Notes: generated by a model not told the origin, from the letters alone. DNA of 64,000 bases from Macrostomum hystrix (GCA_950097015.1 CATNEN010000001.1:5146001-5210000); one strand, 5' to 3'; counted from the stretch's first letter, positions 49,546-62,889 are shown. Numbers and translations are program-made.

Positions 49546-50363
49546 CAGTTTTGGATATAGTTTGTATGTTATAACATATAAATATTTATTCATTCAAACA
49601 AAAGTCACAATTATAACAAAGTATTATTTTTGATGTATATTTTCTAGGAAATCCTCACTTTAAAATGAGCTTATATATAAATCTTGATAAATAGATAAGT
49701 TATGTCTGAAATTAGTTTTAAAATTGAGCTTATTACATGAAAATATGTATAAAAACATCACAATTTGCCTGCCACAAACTGCCATCTTCATAAAGAAAAA
49801 TAGAATACATTAAGCATTTACCAGTCATTTTTTTTATTTGAATAAAACTTGATCTACAAAAAGATAGAACTTAAATGAAAGCAGCATGAACTATGATCTT
49901 GACCATTGACAATTTGCAAAAGATAATTACTCTATAGCAAGCATTGTAGTAAAAATATCCATTTTTTTAATCTAGGAAGATATATTTTGTTTTTATGTAT
50001 TTTTTAACATATCTTTGAAATATTTTTTGCTAGGTGGCTACTTTTAGTTTCTTTTATAACAAGCTACAAGCCATTTGTTTGTCTTGGGGTCACAATCGTC
50101 TTGTATTTGCTACTATACTGAAAAGTTTTGGCCCAGTACTTACATTCTGGCTAGTTTAGCCAGTAATTGTTAGTGCTAAATAAATACTTCGTCCCTGACA
50201 GCGGCTAATAAGATCCCGCGGACTTCACTTAGCAACCAATAGCAAGTGACTGAGAGACATGCATCAAATTGTTCGAATCAGTATTTAAAGAGTGCGTAAG
50301 GTATTTTAATGATTTATATATCCATTCAGCACATATACTTTGCCATCTCAACTATTTCCACAG

Positions 50364-50584
50364 ATGACATGACACCATCCGTTGCTGAACTAACTGGATT
50401 AACTGGCTTCGGACATCATCAGCATCAGAATCAAAAGTCTGGCAATCTGCATCTATGGGGCAATCGTGAAACGATGAATATCAATTCTATGGTGCTGACT
50501 AATATCAAACAGTCGCCATATTTTAAACATGAATTAGTGGAAATAACCACATTCAATGAAGTTGTCGATGCCATCTACTACAAG
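50364..50584 (+). CDS. PRPF38B: PRPF38B coding exon 2
   Basis: LHLWGNRETMNINSMVLTNIKQSPYFKHELVEITTFNEVVDAIYYK, the PRP38B N-terminal region; ccacAG acceptor, GTGGGT donor. Confidence 0.93.
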
Positions 50585-51590
50585 GTGGGTTAAAGGTACA
50601 AATTAAACCTTTGTTTTCTTTCATATCCATTATGCCAAGTTGGTTGCTTAAAAGTCAATACAGGATTCTTTAATAATATAATATTTTCTCATTTCTGTTT
50701 GTGTCTAATTCAAGCCAAAAAAAGTTCGACGTACTTTATTTGAAGCTGCGAATCTGTTTTGTCACTGACGCAGCTGCATGGCCGGTTGAATGAGCGTGAC
50801 GGCTTGTGACCAATGATCTGGTACTGAGGGTGAGACACTCCTCTGATCGAGCTGACAATCTGTAGACATTATTGCATAATCTTTTTTGCTCTTTTGGGTT
50901 AAAATTGAATATTCAGTCTAGGGACTGAGGGCTGCCATTGCACCCACACGCTTCCATCCGACATCGTTACCCTTGTCCTTCTTAAATACTGGTACCCTAT
51001 AAGGATATAACACATAATTATCTTAACAGTAGAACTACAAAGGGAGGAATTCCTAAGAAAACTTAAGAACACAGGCCAAATTTTTGTTGCGCATCTTTTA
51101 AAATAATAATTAGGTCGCCAGCTCTTCAGACCGTCGAGATATTCAATGGTTCTTGCCGAAGATCAGATTTTTCCTATAAGCGCTAGTGTATTTCAAACAC
51201 CCCTATATAAATTAGAACTGCGCCTCAGTGCGGCCTTGCCAGGCCTTCAAAATTTATCAGCATGTCACCCGAATGTGCCTGCCTCATCTCCGTCTTCGGT
51301 GGTCACTTACCTTTATCTAGATGTACTGCTGGACCTTTAAGGGCTACAACAGGTGGAAATAGGCAACTAAGGACACCCTGACGCGAATTTCTCAGATTTC
51401 CCTAATCAAGCCTAAATATTAGGCAATTAGTCACCACTCAACGCTGTTAGAATTCGAGCACTGCCAACAAAATTTTAGGGGGGAGGATTTTCCTAATAAA
51501 AAAATAAAAAAGCGATTAGTTCCTAGTAATCTACTTATAGTAGTTTAAGCGAATTTTGTAACAATTGTGATTGTGATTGAACTCTCCCAG

Positions 51591-51881
51591 GTCAGCCATC
51601 TGGAGCCGTGGGAGCGAGGCACCCGCCGAACAACCGGTTTGAGCGGCGCCAGCGGCGGCGGTCTGCAAGTTCGCGGTGTTGGCGCCGGCGGTGTAGTCAG
51701 CACAGCCTACTGCCTGCTGTTCAAACTGTTTACTCTGCGATTGAATCGCAAGCAATTGCAGACATTGATGGATCATCCGGATTCGCCCTATATTAGAGCT
51801 CTGGGCTTTATGTACATTCGATATTGCTTGGATCCTAAGGATCTATGGGAATGGTACGAGCCCTACTTGAGTGATGACGAG
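51591..51881 (+). CDS. PRPF38B: PRPF38B coding exon 3
   Basis: VSHLEPWERGTR...VRGVGAGGVVSTAYCLLFKLFTL...DSPYIRALGFMYIRY, the PRP38 domain core. Confidence 0.96.
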
Positions 51882-52004
51882 GTGAGGATTGATAGGTAGA
51901 TAAATAGTTGTTTATTTAAATTTTTAGGAATTTCAAATCTAAATCGTCTTCCTACATCATCATTTAGAATACTTGTCTTTCATCATTCTCAGTTTAATAC
52001 AGCT

Positions 52005-52295
52005 GTTTTCCCAGATCCTCAGTTTAGAATACATTGCTTCCCAAATCCTAATTTTGGGATAAATGTGTTCCCAGATCCTGCGTTTGAATACATTGCTTCA
52101 CAGATTTTTGGATAAATTTCTTTCCAGATCGTAAGTTAGAATACATTGCTTCCCAGATCCTACGAGTATTTAGGATGGCTGTCTAGATCCCCAATCTGGG
52201 TGGGAAGGATGGGATCTTCTTAGATCATCATTTTGGGATAAAAAAATCTTCCCAGATTTCCGTTCAGGAAAACTAATTTTCGAGATCCTCATTTA
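52005..52295. repeat. Degenerate ~30-bp minisatellite with a CCCAGATCCTCAGTT core
   Basis: Repeated (T)TCCCAGATCC..., alternating with TTAGAATACATTGC and GGATAAAT. Confidence 0.6.
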
Positions 52296-52406
52296 AGGAT
52301 AGTTCTATTAAATCTATCTACCCTAATTTTTCCTCAAATGTTCATAAAGTTCCTCATTATCAGATTATCTTTTTTTAAAGAAACATTATTTTTCCTCACT
52401 CATCAG

Positions 52407-52645
52407 GAAATCGACGTCAAAGCCGGCGGCGGTTGCAACATCACCATCGGTGAAATGTTGCGGCAATTCCTGACCCAGTTAGACTGGTATTCCACTCTGT
52501 TTCCTCGCATTCCTGTGCCAATTGAGAAGGACATTAGGGCGCGACTGCAGGAGAGATCGGCTGGCAATAAGCCTATGACAAAGGCTCAATCGCCAGCGGT
52601 CGCTGCCGCTTCCGCCGCCGCGGCTTCTGGTAGAGACAGAGAAAG
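52407..52645 (+). CDS. PRPF38B: PRPF38B coding exon 4
   Basis: EIDVKAGGGCNITIGEMLRQFLTQLDWYSTLFPRIPVPIEKDI; phases consistent. Confidence 0.95.
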
Positions 52646-52814
52646 GTAAAAACTGAACATTATATCTGATCGCGTATAGGGATTATTTAAGACGAAATAT
52701 TGAGACGAGATTTTTATAACAAGTGCTGAAAAAGTTGTAGATTTAAAGTGGATTTTGGAATGACTAAAAAGGTTGGGTCAAACAAGAATAGCGTTTGTGA
52801 TAACGGAGGTTAGA

Positions 52815-53110
52815 AACACAGCAGTCTAACGCATTTGCCTCTCGCACCAAGGTCCCTGAGCTCGATTTCGCGGCGAAACTACATTAAATTGGGGCGCAGA
52901 CGCGGAAAAAAGTCCAACGGTCTCCAAGGCATAGTGAGGGTGTACACTGCCTGACGATGAGAAAGTCAGGGCAGATGTACACACCTGTGTGAGCGTGTGC
53001 CTGCGTACGGTATCTGTGTGCGTGTGTGCTCAGGATTCAGCTAGGTGGGCAGAATTGCCTACTCGCTGGCTGCGGGTCTAGTGTCACCAAATGATGGGCC
53101 ATTGCTCGCA
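52815..53110 (+). mobile_element. tRNA-derived SINE-like repeat
   Basis: High similarity to 57603-57850; degenerate B box (GAGCTCGATTTC). Confidence 0.7.
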
Positions 53111-53153
53111 GCCCACCTGCAATCTAATTAATTAATATTTAAATTATATTCAG

Positions 53154-53406
53154 ATCTAGGTCCAGATCGCGCATTAGATCGTCGCGTTCTCGCGATCGTG
53201 ATCAGGCCCGTCGGTCGTCACGTGACCGAGACAGGGACAGAGAACGGAACCGTGATCGCGACAGAGGCAGAGACAGAGATCGCGACAGAGATTCCGACCG
53301 GCATCGGAAGCATCGGTCAGAACGCGACGATTACAAGCGGGACCGCGACGGTGACAGGGACAGGGATCGAGACAAGCATCGGGATCGCGATCGTCGCGAT
53401 CGTTAG
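53154..53406 (+). CDS. PRPF38B: PRPF38B coding exon 5 (RS/RD-rich tail and stop)
   Basis: ttcAG acceptor; phase 2 gives RSRSRSRIRSSRSRDRD...RDRRDR*. Confidence 0.9.
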
Positions 53407-54147
53407 GCGCACGTTGTTCTGTAACATATTATTTTACTTTTGTTTCTCGCCCTGTCTTTTATAACCGATTATTAATCACTACTGAGTTTTTTCAAATACA
53501 CTGGCAGCTGGTATATTGTCATTTCTAATAGCCAACAATGATATTTTTATAGCGTCGCTGCATAGTCTCAAAAATATTAAATTCCGTGTTTAACAATTGA
53601 TGCGAATCCTAAGTTAAAGCTACGAATCAGTTTTTTCTCAGTCAAACGGCGAATAGTTTGACAAATTAAATACTAAATCAATTAAATTTACTCATTCACA
53701 CACTTGGTAATGCACTGTGAATGTGCGTTTTATGTCATGTTGTTAGCCACAAATGTAATGTAAAGTATTTTCTTTTTTATTTCTCATTTTCTTTCTATTT
53801 ATAAGGGTAATATCTGCAGTCTATTCTAGACTTGTAATTGCATTTAGATTGCAACAGATGTCTATAAAACTGACTGATATAAAGGGCTGACGGGCGGAGT
53901 GAAAATGGGGTGCAAAAACATTACATAACTGCGAGGTTAACAGCCATCGATAAAGTAAGGAGGCGGAGGCAATCTAGATAGCGTGACCAGACTTTGAGGG
54001 GGTACAGAATAATCGATAATGGATTGGGTGGACGGGCCAGGCAGATAACAGAGGGTCCGCAGAATGAATGGCGAACAATTAATGTGATTGGCTGGTTCCT
54101 ACATTAAAGGACAAGCACGTTTCTGCAACAGCCATTTCCACACTAAA

Positions 54148-55140
54148 TTTCTACACTATCCGCCCCTCTATTCTCCACTATCCGCCCCTCTATTCTACAC
54201 AATCCGCCCCTCAATTCTACACTATCCGCCCCTGTATTCTCCACTATCCGCCCCTCTATTCTACACAATCCGCCCCTCAATTCTACACTATCCGCCCCTC
54301 TATTCTACACTATCCGCCCCTCTATTCTACACTATCCGCCCCTCTATTCTACACTATCCGCCCCTCTATTCTACACTATCCGCCCCTCTATTCTGCACTA
54401 TCCGCCCCTCTATTCTACACAATCCGCCCCTCTATTCTCCACTATCCGCCCCTCTATTCTCCACTATCCGCCCCTCTATTCTACACAATCCGCCCCTCTA
54501 TTCTCCACTATCCGCCCCTCTATTCTCCACTATCCGCCCCTCTATTCTCCACTATCCGCCCCTCTATTCTACACAATCCGCCCCTCTATTCTACACTATC
54601 CGCCCCTCTATTCTCCACTATCCGCCCCTCTATTCTCCACTATCCGCCCCTCTATTCTCCACTATCTGCCCCTCTATTCTACACTATCCGCCCCTCTATT
54701 CTACACTATCCGCCCCTCTATTCTGCACTATCCGCCCCTATTTTCTACACTATCCGCCCCTCTATTCTCCACTATCCGCCCCTCTATTCTACACAATCCG
54801 CCCCTCTATTCTCCACTATCCGCCCCTCTATTCTCCACTATCCGCCCCTCTATTCTACACAATCCGCCCCTCTATTCTCCACTATCCGCCCCTCTATTCT
54901 CCACTATCCGCCCCTCTATTCTCCACTATCCGCCCCTCTATTCTACACAATCCGCCCCTCTATTCTACACTATCCGCCCCTCTATTCTCCACTATCCGCC
55001 CCTCTATTCTCCACTATCCGCCCCTCTATTCTCCACTATCTGCCCCTCTATTCTACACTATCCGCCCCTCTATTCTACACTATCCGCCCCTGTATTCTAC
55101 ACTATCCGCCCCTATTTTCTACACTTTCCGCCCCTCTACT
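54148..55140. repeat. 22-bp minisatellite (CTATTCTACACTATCCGCCCCT)
   Basis: Direct inspection. Confidence 0.95.
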
Positions 55141-55186
55141 TTATAGTAAATTCTACATTGTTCGCATCTTTTTTACACTATTAGGC

Positions 55187-56367
55187 CAGTGGTCGTGGCG
55201 TTGGCGCGAATTCGCGCCTGCGCGAAAATGGCGCAAATACGCGAATTCTGTGACCATGGCGCGAAAAATTAGGATGGCTAATGGCGCGAAAATATGAAAA
55301 ATATTCCCCCATTTTTGCGCTATTTTTTCATTAAGAAGCTTTAAACTCCAGGCACCCATTTGAATAATTAAATTTCATGATGTTCTGTACCTCCATAACT
55401 ATTTTGACCTTCATATTCACATGTGCATCTCTGAATTTATTGTTACTGAATAGTTTATATCGGCAGATATAGGATCGGCAGCGTGGAGGTGGAGGCGCGT
55501 CTTCAACAGGAGGATGTGTCTAACTCTACCTCTGGGAGTCCATTTTGAACGCTGGAAATCGTCCTCTGCTGATGAGATTAGTACGAGCACTACTTGTTTT
55601 GCCCCATGGGAACGCGGAAGTTAAGCGAGTGTTCAGTCAGCTGAGACGAGGTTAGGCGGAAGACTGAAGAGAGGGACAGAGAGCTGGAAATCCTTCGCAA
55701 GGAACAGGAGCGCATTCGCAAGCGAAAGGAACGAGAGGCGGAGCGAATCACTGAGGCGGTGATCAAGCGAAAGGCTGCGGAGATGGCCATTGTAAACCGA
55801 CTTCCTGAAGAAATTGCGAAGAAGTTCCGACGTGACGACTGACGAGTCCGTCTAGCTCTGGCGTGCTTCCTATCCACTGTCCACTATTGAACTATGACAC
55901 TTAATCGATTATCAAGTAATAGTTCTATATTTAGCCTTCTTTATAATTTAACTAATTTTATTATTTTAACCTTATAATTTAATTTATAATTTTACTTTTT
56001 AACAAATACCAACTAAATCTAGGAAAAACTGTAGATCCGTATATAGTTTGATCCAAATGTTGCTTAGCTTTACAACAAACGGACCGGATGGGGTGAACTC
56101 TTTAGATTGCCGTATGATCTCTCAGTCTCAGCGCACTGATATAATCTAATCTGCTTCTTAATATTTTCTATGCAATATTACGACTTACACTGTCTGTCTA
56201 ATTTTACACTTTAAGCTACATTTGTAATTTTGTATTGCAAACTTATCTATACCACAGTTATCATAACTTCTTTTTGTTGGGTATTCTTAGCTGTATGTAT
56301 AGATACCTATGGCGCGAAAAAAATTGGGTGGCGCGAAAATTTAGAAGAAGACCCGCCACGACCACTG
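55187..56367 (+). mobile_element. Non-autonomous, internally deleted hAT transposon
   Basis: 14-bp TIR CAGTGGTCGTGGCG / CGCCACGACCACTG; perfect 8-bp TSD TATTAGGC; subterminal TGGCGCGAA repeats; residual SVEVE/RVFN resembling the hAT dimerisation motif, followed by a charged C-terminal reading frame. Confidence 0.9.
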
Positions 56368-57003
56368 TATTAGGCCTCTACAGTCGTCGCGCTCCTGTAA
56401 AAAGTCGCATTACTGGTTTTAGTTAAAAAAAATTAGACCAATTTTATTACAATTGTTTTCTGTAATTGATGTTTTTTCTGCTCATACTTAACGCTGAATA
56501 AAAACGAAATTTGTTCCGTTTTTGTCATTAGTTACGTGTTGAAATCGATACACTTTTGATTAATTTTTGGGACCCATTAGCGGAAAGCAGTGAGATCACT
56601 GTGTGTACTAAATTGATCACATCTCTTAGGAAGCTTTGTACTGCATCCATTTAAAAAATATTTTTATAGATTTATATTTTGCTTATTGTCTATTTAGCAA
56701 ACTATTTCAATCGATTAAGATTGACTTTAGGGATAAATTTAGCGAATTGGAAATAAATTCCACAATTTAAGCTCCGGGACTTTAGTAAGAGAGGCCAACC
56801 CGCCACTCAAAAACAATTTGCCACTCGTTCTTTGTCAAGATGTATTCCCAAGGAAAGCAAGATTTTCACAAATGCCTCACAAATGAAACAGTCTCTCCGC
56901 CAATCACAAGCTTGTTCTTGTTCTCTATTAAAAAAAAGTGACATTGCTACATTAGGTAGAGCTGGTGTATTGATTCAAACTGACGTTGAAAACGCCTTTC
57001 AAA

Positions 57004-57385
57004 ATGCCCACGTCTATATTATTAGTTTTCTTATTTTATTGTAGCCAGTTTTATCAAATAGAAGCTACTGTCGACTATATGTCGATATGTGTCGAATATA
57101 TTGGTTGCTACAAAGACAACTTATCCAGGGACATCAACGGCCAGACAATAATATATTCCCAAACAAATAGTCCAGTAAATTGCGGCCGCTATTGTCAGGC
57201 TAGCGGCTACAATTATATCGGATTGCAACACGGCACCGAATGCTACTGCGGCAATGCCTATGGTCGTCTGGGTAGGTCGCCAAGCGATTCAGACTGTAAC
57301 AAAGCCTGTAGCGGCGATTCCAGCATCTGGTGCGGCGGTTCGTGGAGGAATAGTGTCTACAGGGTGTACAGTTGCCTGTTAGCTC
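57004..57385 (+). CDS. Secreted WSC-domain protein, main exon
   Basis: Hydrophobic N-terminus MPTSILLVFLFYC; YIGCYKD...C...C...GYNYIGLQHGTECYCG...C...CSGD...CGG..RNSVY is the canonical WSC pattern; GTGAGT donor at 57386. Confidence 0.88.
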
Positions 57386-57438
57386 GTGAGTATTTTGCCG
57401 ACTAAATGCGTGTGCACATTTTTGTCATAACTCTATAG

Positions 57439-57469
57439 CTGTCTTTCATGGCCGAGGTAGCTTTAACAG
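57439..57469 (+). CDS. Putative small second exon of the WSC gene (PVFHGRGSFNR); stop possibly at 57889-57891 after an acceptor at 57887
   Basis: ctatAG acceptor and AG|GTAAG donor; phase compatible. Confidence 0.5.
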
Positions 57470-57602
57470 GTAAGGCTTGGTAAGTATTTACAGTGTCCTT
57501 ATTTGCTCGTTTTTATTCTACTGAGGGTGTGACAGCTTGCACAGTCCGTGGACTGTTAAGTTGTACATAGCCTTTGGAAGTGCTGCGCAACTGTATCGAA
57601 GT

Positions 57603-57850
57603 CGCTGGCAGTGCGGTTAACGCGTTTGCCTCTCGCACCAAGCTTCCTGAGCTCGATTTCGCGGCGAGGCCACATTCAGAGTGTACACTGCCTGACAATG
57701 AGAAAGCCAGGGCAGATGTACACACCCCTGTGTGAGTGTGTGCCTGCGAACGGTATCTGTGTGCGTGTGTGCTCAGGAGTCAGCGAAATGGGCAGAATTG
57801 CCTACTCGCTGGCTGCGGGTCTATTGTCACTTAATGATGTGCCATTGCCC
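57603..57850 (+). mobile_element. tRNA-derived SINE-like repeat
   Basis: A-box-like TGGCAGTGCGG, B-box-like GAGCTCGATTTC; second copy at 52815-53110. Confidence 0.7.
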
Positions 57851-58877
57851 ATTGATCTGATTTTCTCTTATCTGATTGCTGCTACAGATAAGAAGCAGAT
57901 CAAATTTATTTTTTGTTCGCCGTAAGTTTTTATTATAATTCTATTCTAAGATTTTCTATTGCTGCTATATTCCAGTGGTTTTTTTCAGACATTTTGGTCG
58001 ATTGCTTTTTATTTGACACTCGTTAAAAGCGTGTCAACCCGATACTCGCAGTTTGATTGACAGCCTTTTCAATTAACGAGATCAGTTAGTCAAACGCAAA
58101 TATTATTATGTAATATTCTGTAGCTTAAGTTGGCTCTAATGCATCAATTTATTAATATGAATTACTTTAGTGAATGTGTTTCTGTATAATTAATTTTTTT
58201 CTTGCTATATTATAAAACTTGAAATCACTAACAAGTTTCTCGTTTGCAAATAAATTTGAACTTTACCGAGCAACTTAACTCGTTCAAGTAAATAAGCCTT
58301 CTACTCTACTTTATTATCGTCTGGGAAGTAGTATTTGCCAAGGGTTGCTTTTATTGAAATTAAAAAACTTTTTTTATTATTTAAAATGTTCTAAAATATC
58401 ACTGCTTATGTATTATAACTGATACAAGAACACTAAATGTTTAGGAAATAATAATAATAAATATAAATTTAGCCATATATGCTCACTATGTACTACTCGT
58501 TCTACAAAAACTATATTTCTAAGAAACTAAATATAAGCAGCTGAATGTAGAGCGAAGGTTCTACGTAAATAAAATTCGAGTATTTATCGCAAGTATTAAG
58601 TCTATATAGAATACTTTTTTAACTAAAGAAACGTACAAAACACGGCATTATTTGGTGTCAAAAACAAAAATAATGACTTTTAAATCTCGAATTCTATAAT
58701 GTGACTAAACTAAATTCTTATACAAAGTGTGAACTATTGAGACTAGGCTATATTACTTACTTATCCAAATGAGTAGTGAAAAAGCATTTTCTTATATCGT
58801 AAATTTATCATGAGTAAGTTTCCTTCCTTTTTGTTTCAATTTCGTCATCAATTAATCTCGATCTCAATGTTGTCAGC

Positions 58878-58955
58878 TCAAACGTCAGTCGAGTTCTCCA
58901 TCTGGGGCTGCATGAGATCGTCAGAGAAGTCGCCAATCAGATGTATTGTTTGGGT
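58878..58955 (-). CDS. Class III nucleotide cyclase-like gene, putative last coding exon (TQTIHLIGDFSDDLMQPQMENSTDV*)
   Basis: tttcAG acceptor; phase 0 matches the upstream exon. Confidence 0.65.
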   Translation of the reverse strand, partial: TQTIHLIGDFSDDLMQPQMENSTDV

Positions 58956-58987
58956 CTGAAATTTGACGCCGAGGAACGAGTATGATG

Positions 58988-61900
58988 AGCTACCCCCAAA
59001 TCCACCAATCCTTCAGGGCCACAGCTACCACCAAATTCACCAATCCTTCAGGGCCACAGCTACCCCCAAATCCACCAATCCTTCAGGGCCACAGCTACCC
59101 CCAAATCCACCAATCCTTCAGGGCCACAGCTACCCCAAATTCACCAATCCTTCAGGGCCACAGCTACCCCCAAATCCACCAATCCTTCAGGGCCACAGCT
59201 ACCCCCAAATCCACCAATCCTTCAGGGCCACAGCTACCCCCAAATCCACCAATCCTTCAGGGCCACAGCTACCCCAAATCCACCAATCCTTCAGGGCCAC
59301 AGCTACCCCAAATCCACCAATCCTTCAGGGCCACAGCTACCCCCAAATCCACCAATCCTTCAGGGCCACAGCTACCCCCAAATCCACCAATCCTTCAGGG
59401 CCACAGCTACCCCCAAATTCACCAATCCTTCAGGGCCACAGCTACCCCCAAATCCACCAATCCTTCAGGGCCACAGCTACCCCCAAATCCACCAATCCTT
59501 CAGGGCCACAGCTACCCCCAAATCCACCAATCCTTCAGGGCCACAGCTACCCCAAATCCACCAATCCTTCAGGGCCACAGCTACCCCAAATCCACCAATC
59601 CTTCAGGGCCACAGCTACCCCCAAATCCACCAATCCTTCAGGGCCACAGCTACCCCCAAATCCACCAATCCTTCAGGGCCACAGCTACCCCCAAATCCAC
59701 CAATCCTTCAGGGCCACAGCTACCCCAAATCCACCAATCCTTCAGGGCCACAGCTACCCCAAATCCACCAATCCTTCAGGGCCACAGCTACCCCAAATCC
59801 ACCAATCCTTCAGGGCCACAGCTACCCCCAAATCCACCAATCCTTCAGGGCCACAGCTACCCCCAAATCCACCAATCCTTCAGGGCCACAGCTACCCCCA
59901 AATCCACCAATCCTTCAGGGCCACAGCTACCACCAAATCCACCAATCCTTCAGGGCCACAGCTACCCCCAAATCCACCAATCCTTCAGGGCCACAGCTAC
60001 CCCCAAATCCACCAATCCTTCAGGGCCACAGCTACCCCCAAATCCACCAATCCTTCAGGGCCACAGCTACCCCAAATCCACCAATCCTTCAGGGCCACAG
60101 CTACCACCAAATCCACCAATCCTTCAGGGCCACAGCTACCCCAAATCCACCAATCCCTCAGGGCCACAGCTACCCCAAATCCACCAATCCTTCAGGGCCA
60201 CAGCTACCCCAAATTCACCAACCCTTCAGGGCCACAGCTACCACCAAATCCACCAACCCTTCAGGGCCACAGCTACCCCAAATTCACCAATCCTTCAGGG
60301 CCACAGCTACCACCAAATCCACCAATCCTTCAGGGCCACAGCTACCCCAAATTCACCAACCCTTCAGGGCCACAGCTACCACCAAATCCACCAATCCTTC
60401 AGGGCCACAGCTACCCCAAATCCACCAATCCTTCAGGGCCACAGCTACCCCAAATCCACCAACCCTTCAGGGCCACAGCTACCACCAAATCCACCAATCC
60501 TTCAGAGCCATAGCTGCCACCAAATTCACCAATCCTTCAGGACCACAGCTACCACCAAATCCACCAATCCTTCAGGGCCACAGCTACCACCAAATCCACC
60601 AATCCTTCAGGGCCACAGCTACCCCCAAATCCACCAATCCTTCAGGGCCACAGCTACCACCAAATCCACCAATCCCTCAGGGCCACAGCTACCCCAAATC
60701 CACCAATCCTTCAGGGCCACAGCTACCCCAAATCCAAATCCACCAATCCTTCAGGGCCACAGTTTCCCCCAAATCCACCAATCCTTCAGGGCCACAGCTA
60801 CCCCAAATCCAAATCCACCAATCCTTCAGGGCCACAGCTACCACCAAATCCACCAATCCTTCAGGGCCACAGCTACCCCAAATCCACCAATCCTTCAGGG
60901 CCACAGCTACCCCCAAATCCACCAATCCTTCAGGGCCACAGCTACCCCCAAATCCACCAATCCTTCAGGGCCACAGCTACCCACAAATCCACCAATCCTT
61001 CAGGGCCACAGCTACCCCCAAATCCACCAATCCTTCAGGGCCACAGCTACCACCAAATCCACCAATCCTTCAGGGCCACAGCTACCACCAAATTCACCAA
61101 TCCTTCAGGGCCACAGCTACCCCCAAATCCACCAATCCTTCAGGGCCACAGCTACCACCAAATCCACCAATCCTTCATGGCCACAGCTACCACCAAATCC
61201 ACCAATCCTTCAGGGCCACAGCTACCACCAAATTCACCAATCCTTCAGGGCCACAGCTACCCCAAATTCACCAATCCTTCAGGGCCACAGCTACCCCCAA
61301 ATCCACCAATCCTTCAGGGCCACAGCTACCCCCAAATCCACCAATCCTTCAGGGCCACAGCTACCCCCAAATCCACCAATCCTTCAGGGCCACAGCTACC
61401 CCCAAATCCACCAATCCTTCAGGGCCACAGCTACCCCCAAATCCACCAATCCTTCAGGGCCACAGCTACCCCCAAATCCACCAATCCTTCACGGCCACAA
61501 CTACCCCCAAATCCACCAATCCTTCAGGGCCACAGCTACCCCCAAATCCACCAATCCTTCAGGGCCACAGCTACCCCCAAATCCACCAATCCTTCAGGGC
61601 CACAGCTACCCCAAATCCAAATCCACCAATCCTTCACGGCCACAGCTACCACCAAATCCACCAATCCTTCAGGGCCACAGCTACCACCAAATTCACCAAT
61701 CCTTCAGGGCCACAGCTACCCCAAATTCACCAATCCTTCAGGGCCACAGCTACCCCCAAATCCACCAATCCTTCAGGGCCACAGCTACCCCCAAATCCAC
61801 CAATCCTTCAGGGCCACAGCTACCCCCAAATCCACCAATCCTTCAGGGCCACAGCTACCCCCAAATCCACCAATCCTTCAGGGCCACAGCTACCCCTAAA

Positions 61901-62746
61901 TCCACCAATCCTTCAGGGCCACAGCTACCCCCAAATCCACCAATCCTTCAGGGCCACAGCTACCCCCAAATCCACCAATCCTTCAGGGCCACAACTACCC
62001 CCAAATCCACCAATCCTTCAGGGCCACAGCTACCCCCAAATCCACCAATCCTTCAGGGCCACAGCTACCCCCAAATCCACCAATCCTTCAGGGCCACAGC
62101 TACCCCAAATCCAAATCCACCAATCCTTCAGGGCCACAGCTACCACCAAATCCACCAATCCTTCAGGGCCACAGCTACCCCCAAATCCACCAATCCTTCA
62201 GGGCCACAGCTACCCCCAAATCCACCAATCCTTCAGGGCCACAACTACCCCCAAATCCACCAATCCTTCAGGTCCACAGCTACCCCCAAATCCACCAATC
62301 CTTCAGGGCCACAGCTACCCCAAATCCAAATCCACCAATCCTTCAGGGCCACAGCTACCACCAAATCCACCAATCCTTCAGGGCCACAGCTACCCCCAAA
62401 TCCACCAATCCTTCAGGGCCACAGCTACCCCCAAATCCACCAATCCTTCAGGGCCACAGCTACCCCCAAATCCAAATCCACCAATCCTTCAGGGCCACAG
62501 CTACCCCCAAATCCACCAATCCTTCAGGGCCACAGCTACCCCAAATCCAAATCCACCAATCCTTCAGGGCCACAGCTACCACCAAATCCACCAATCCTTC
62601 AGGGCCACAGCTACCACCAAATCCACCAATCCTTCAGGGCCACAGCTACCACCAAATCCACCAATCCTTCAGGGCCACAGTTTCCCCCAAATCCACCAAT
62701 CCTTCAGAGCCACAGCTACCCCAAATCCACCAATCCTTCAGGGCCA
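58988..62746. repeat. 35/34-bp minisatellite (CCACAGCTACCCCCAAATCCACCAATCCTTCAGGG) filling a cyclase intron
   Basis: Direct inspection; the consensus unit has no plus-strand stop codons, which explains the 1295-aa pseudo-ORF. Confidence 0.96.
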
Positions 62747-62763
62747 TTAATCCTCCAAGTCAC

Positions 62764-62889
62764 CTTATTAGCCTCGGCGAGCTCAGCGAGAAACTCGGTC
62801 GGATCTTCGATGCATTTTGGCCAGCATTTGAAGCTGGACACCAAGCCGTCCTTCTCAGTCAACCAATAGGTGCACTCGATTCTACCAGG
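62764..62889 (-). CDS. Guanylyl/adenylyl cyclase-like gene exon (PGRIECTYWLTEKD...AEANK)
   Basis: TYWL motif that closes the cyclase catalytic domain; ttttcAG and GTGAC boundaries; 126 bp. Confidence 0.75.

Noticed and set aside
53198-53464. ORF-track 88-aa ORF
   Set aside because: Wrong frame of PRPF38B exon 5.
54088-55146. 352-aa ORF
   Set aside because: 22-bp stop-free minisatellite.
58963-62869. 1295-aa and 516-aa Pro/Gln-rich ORFs
   Set aside because: Stop-free 34/35-bp array, antisense within a cyclase intron; the translation drifts through all three frames of the unit.
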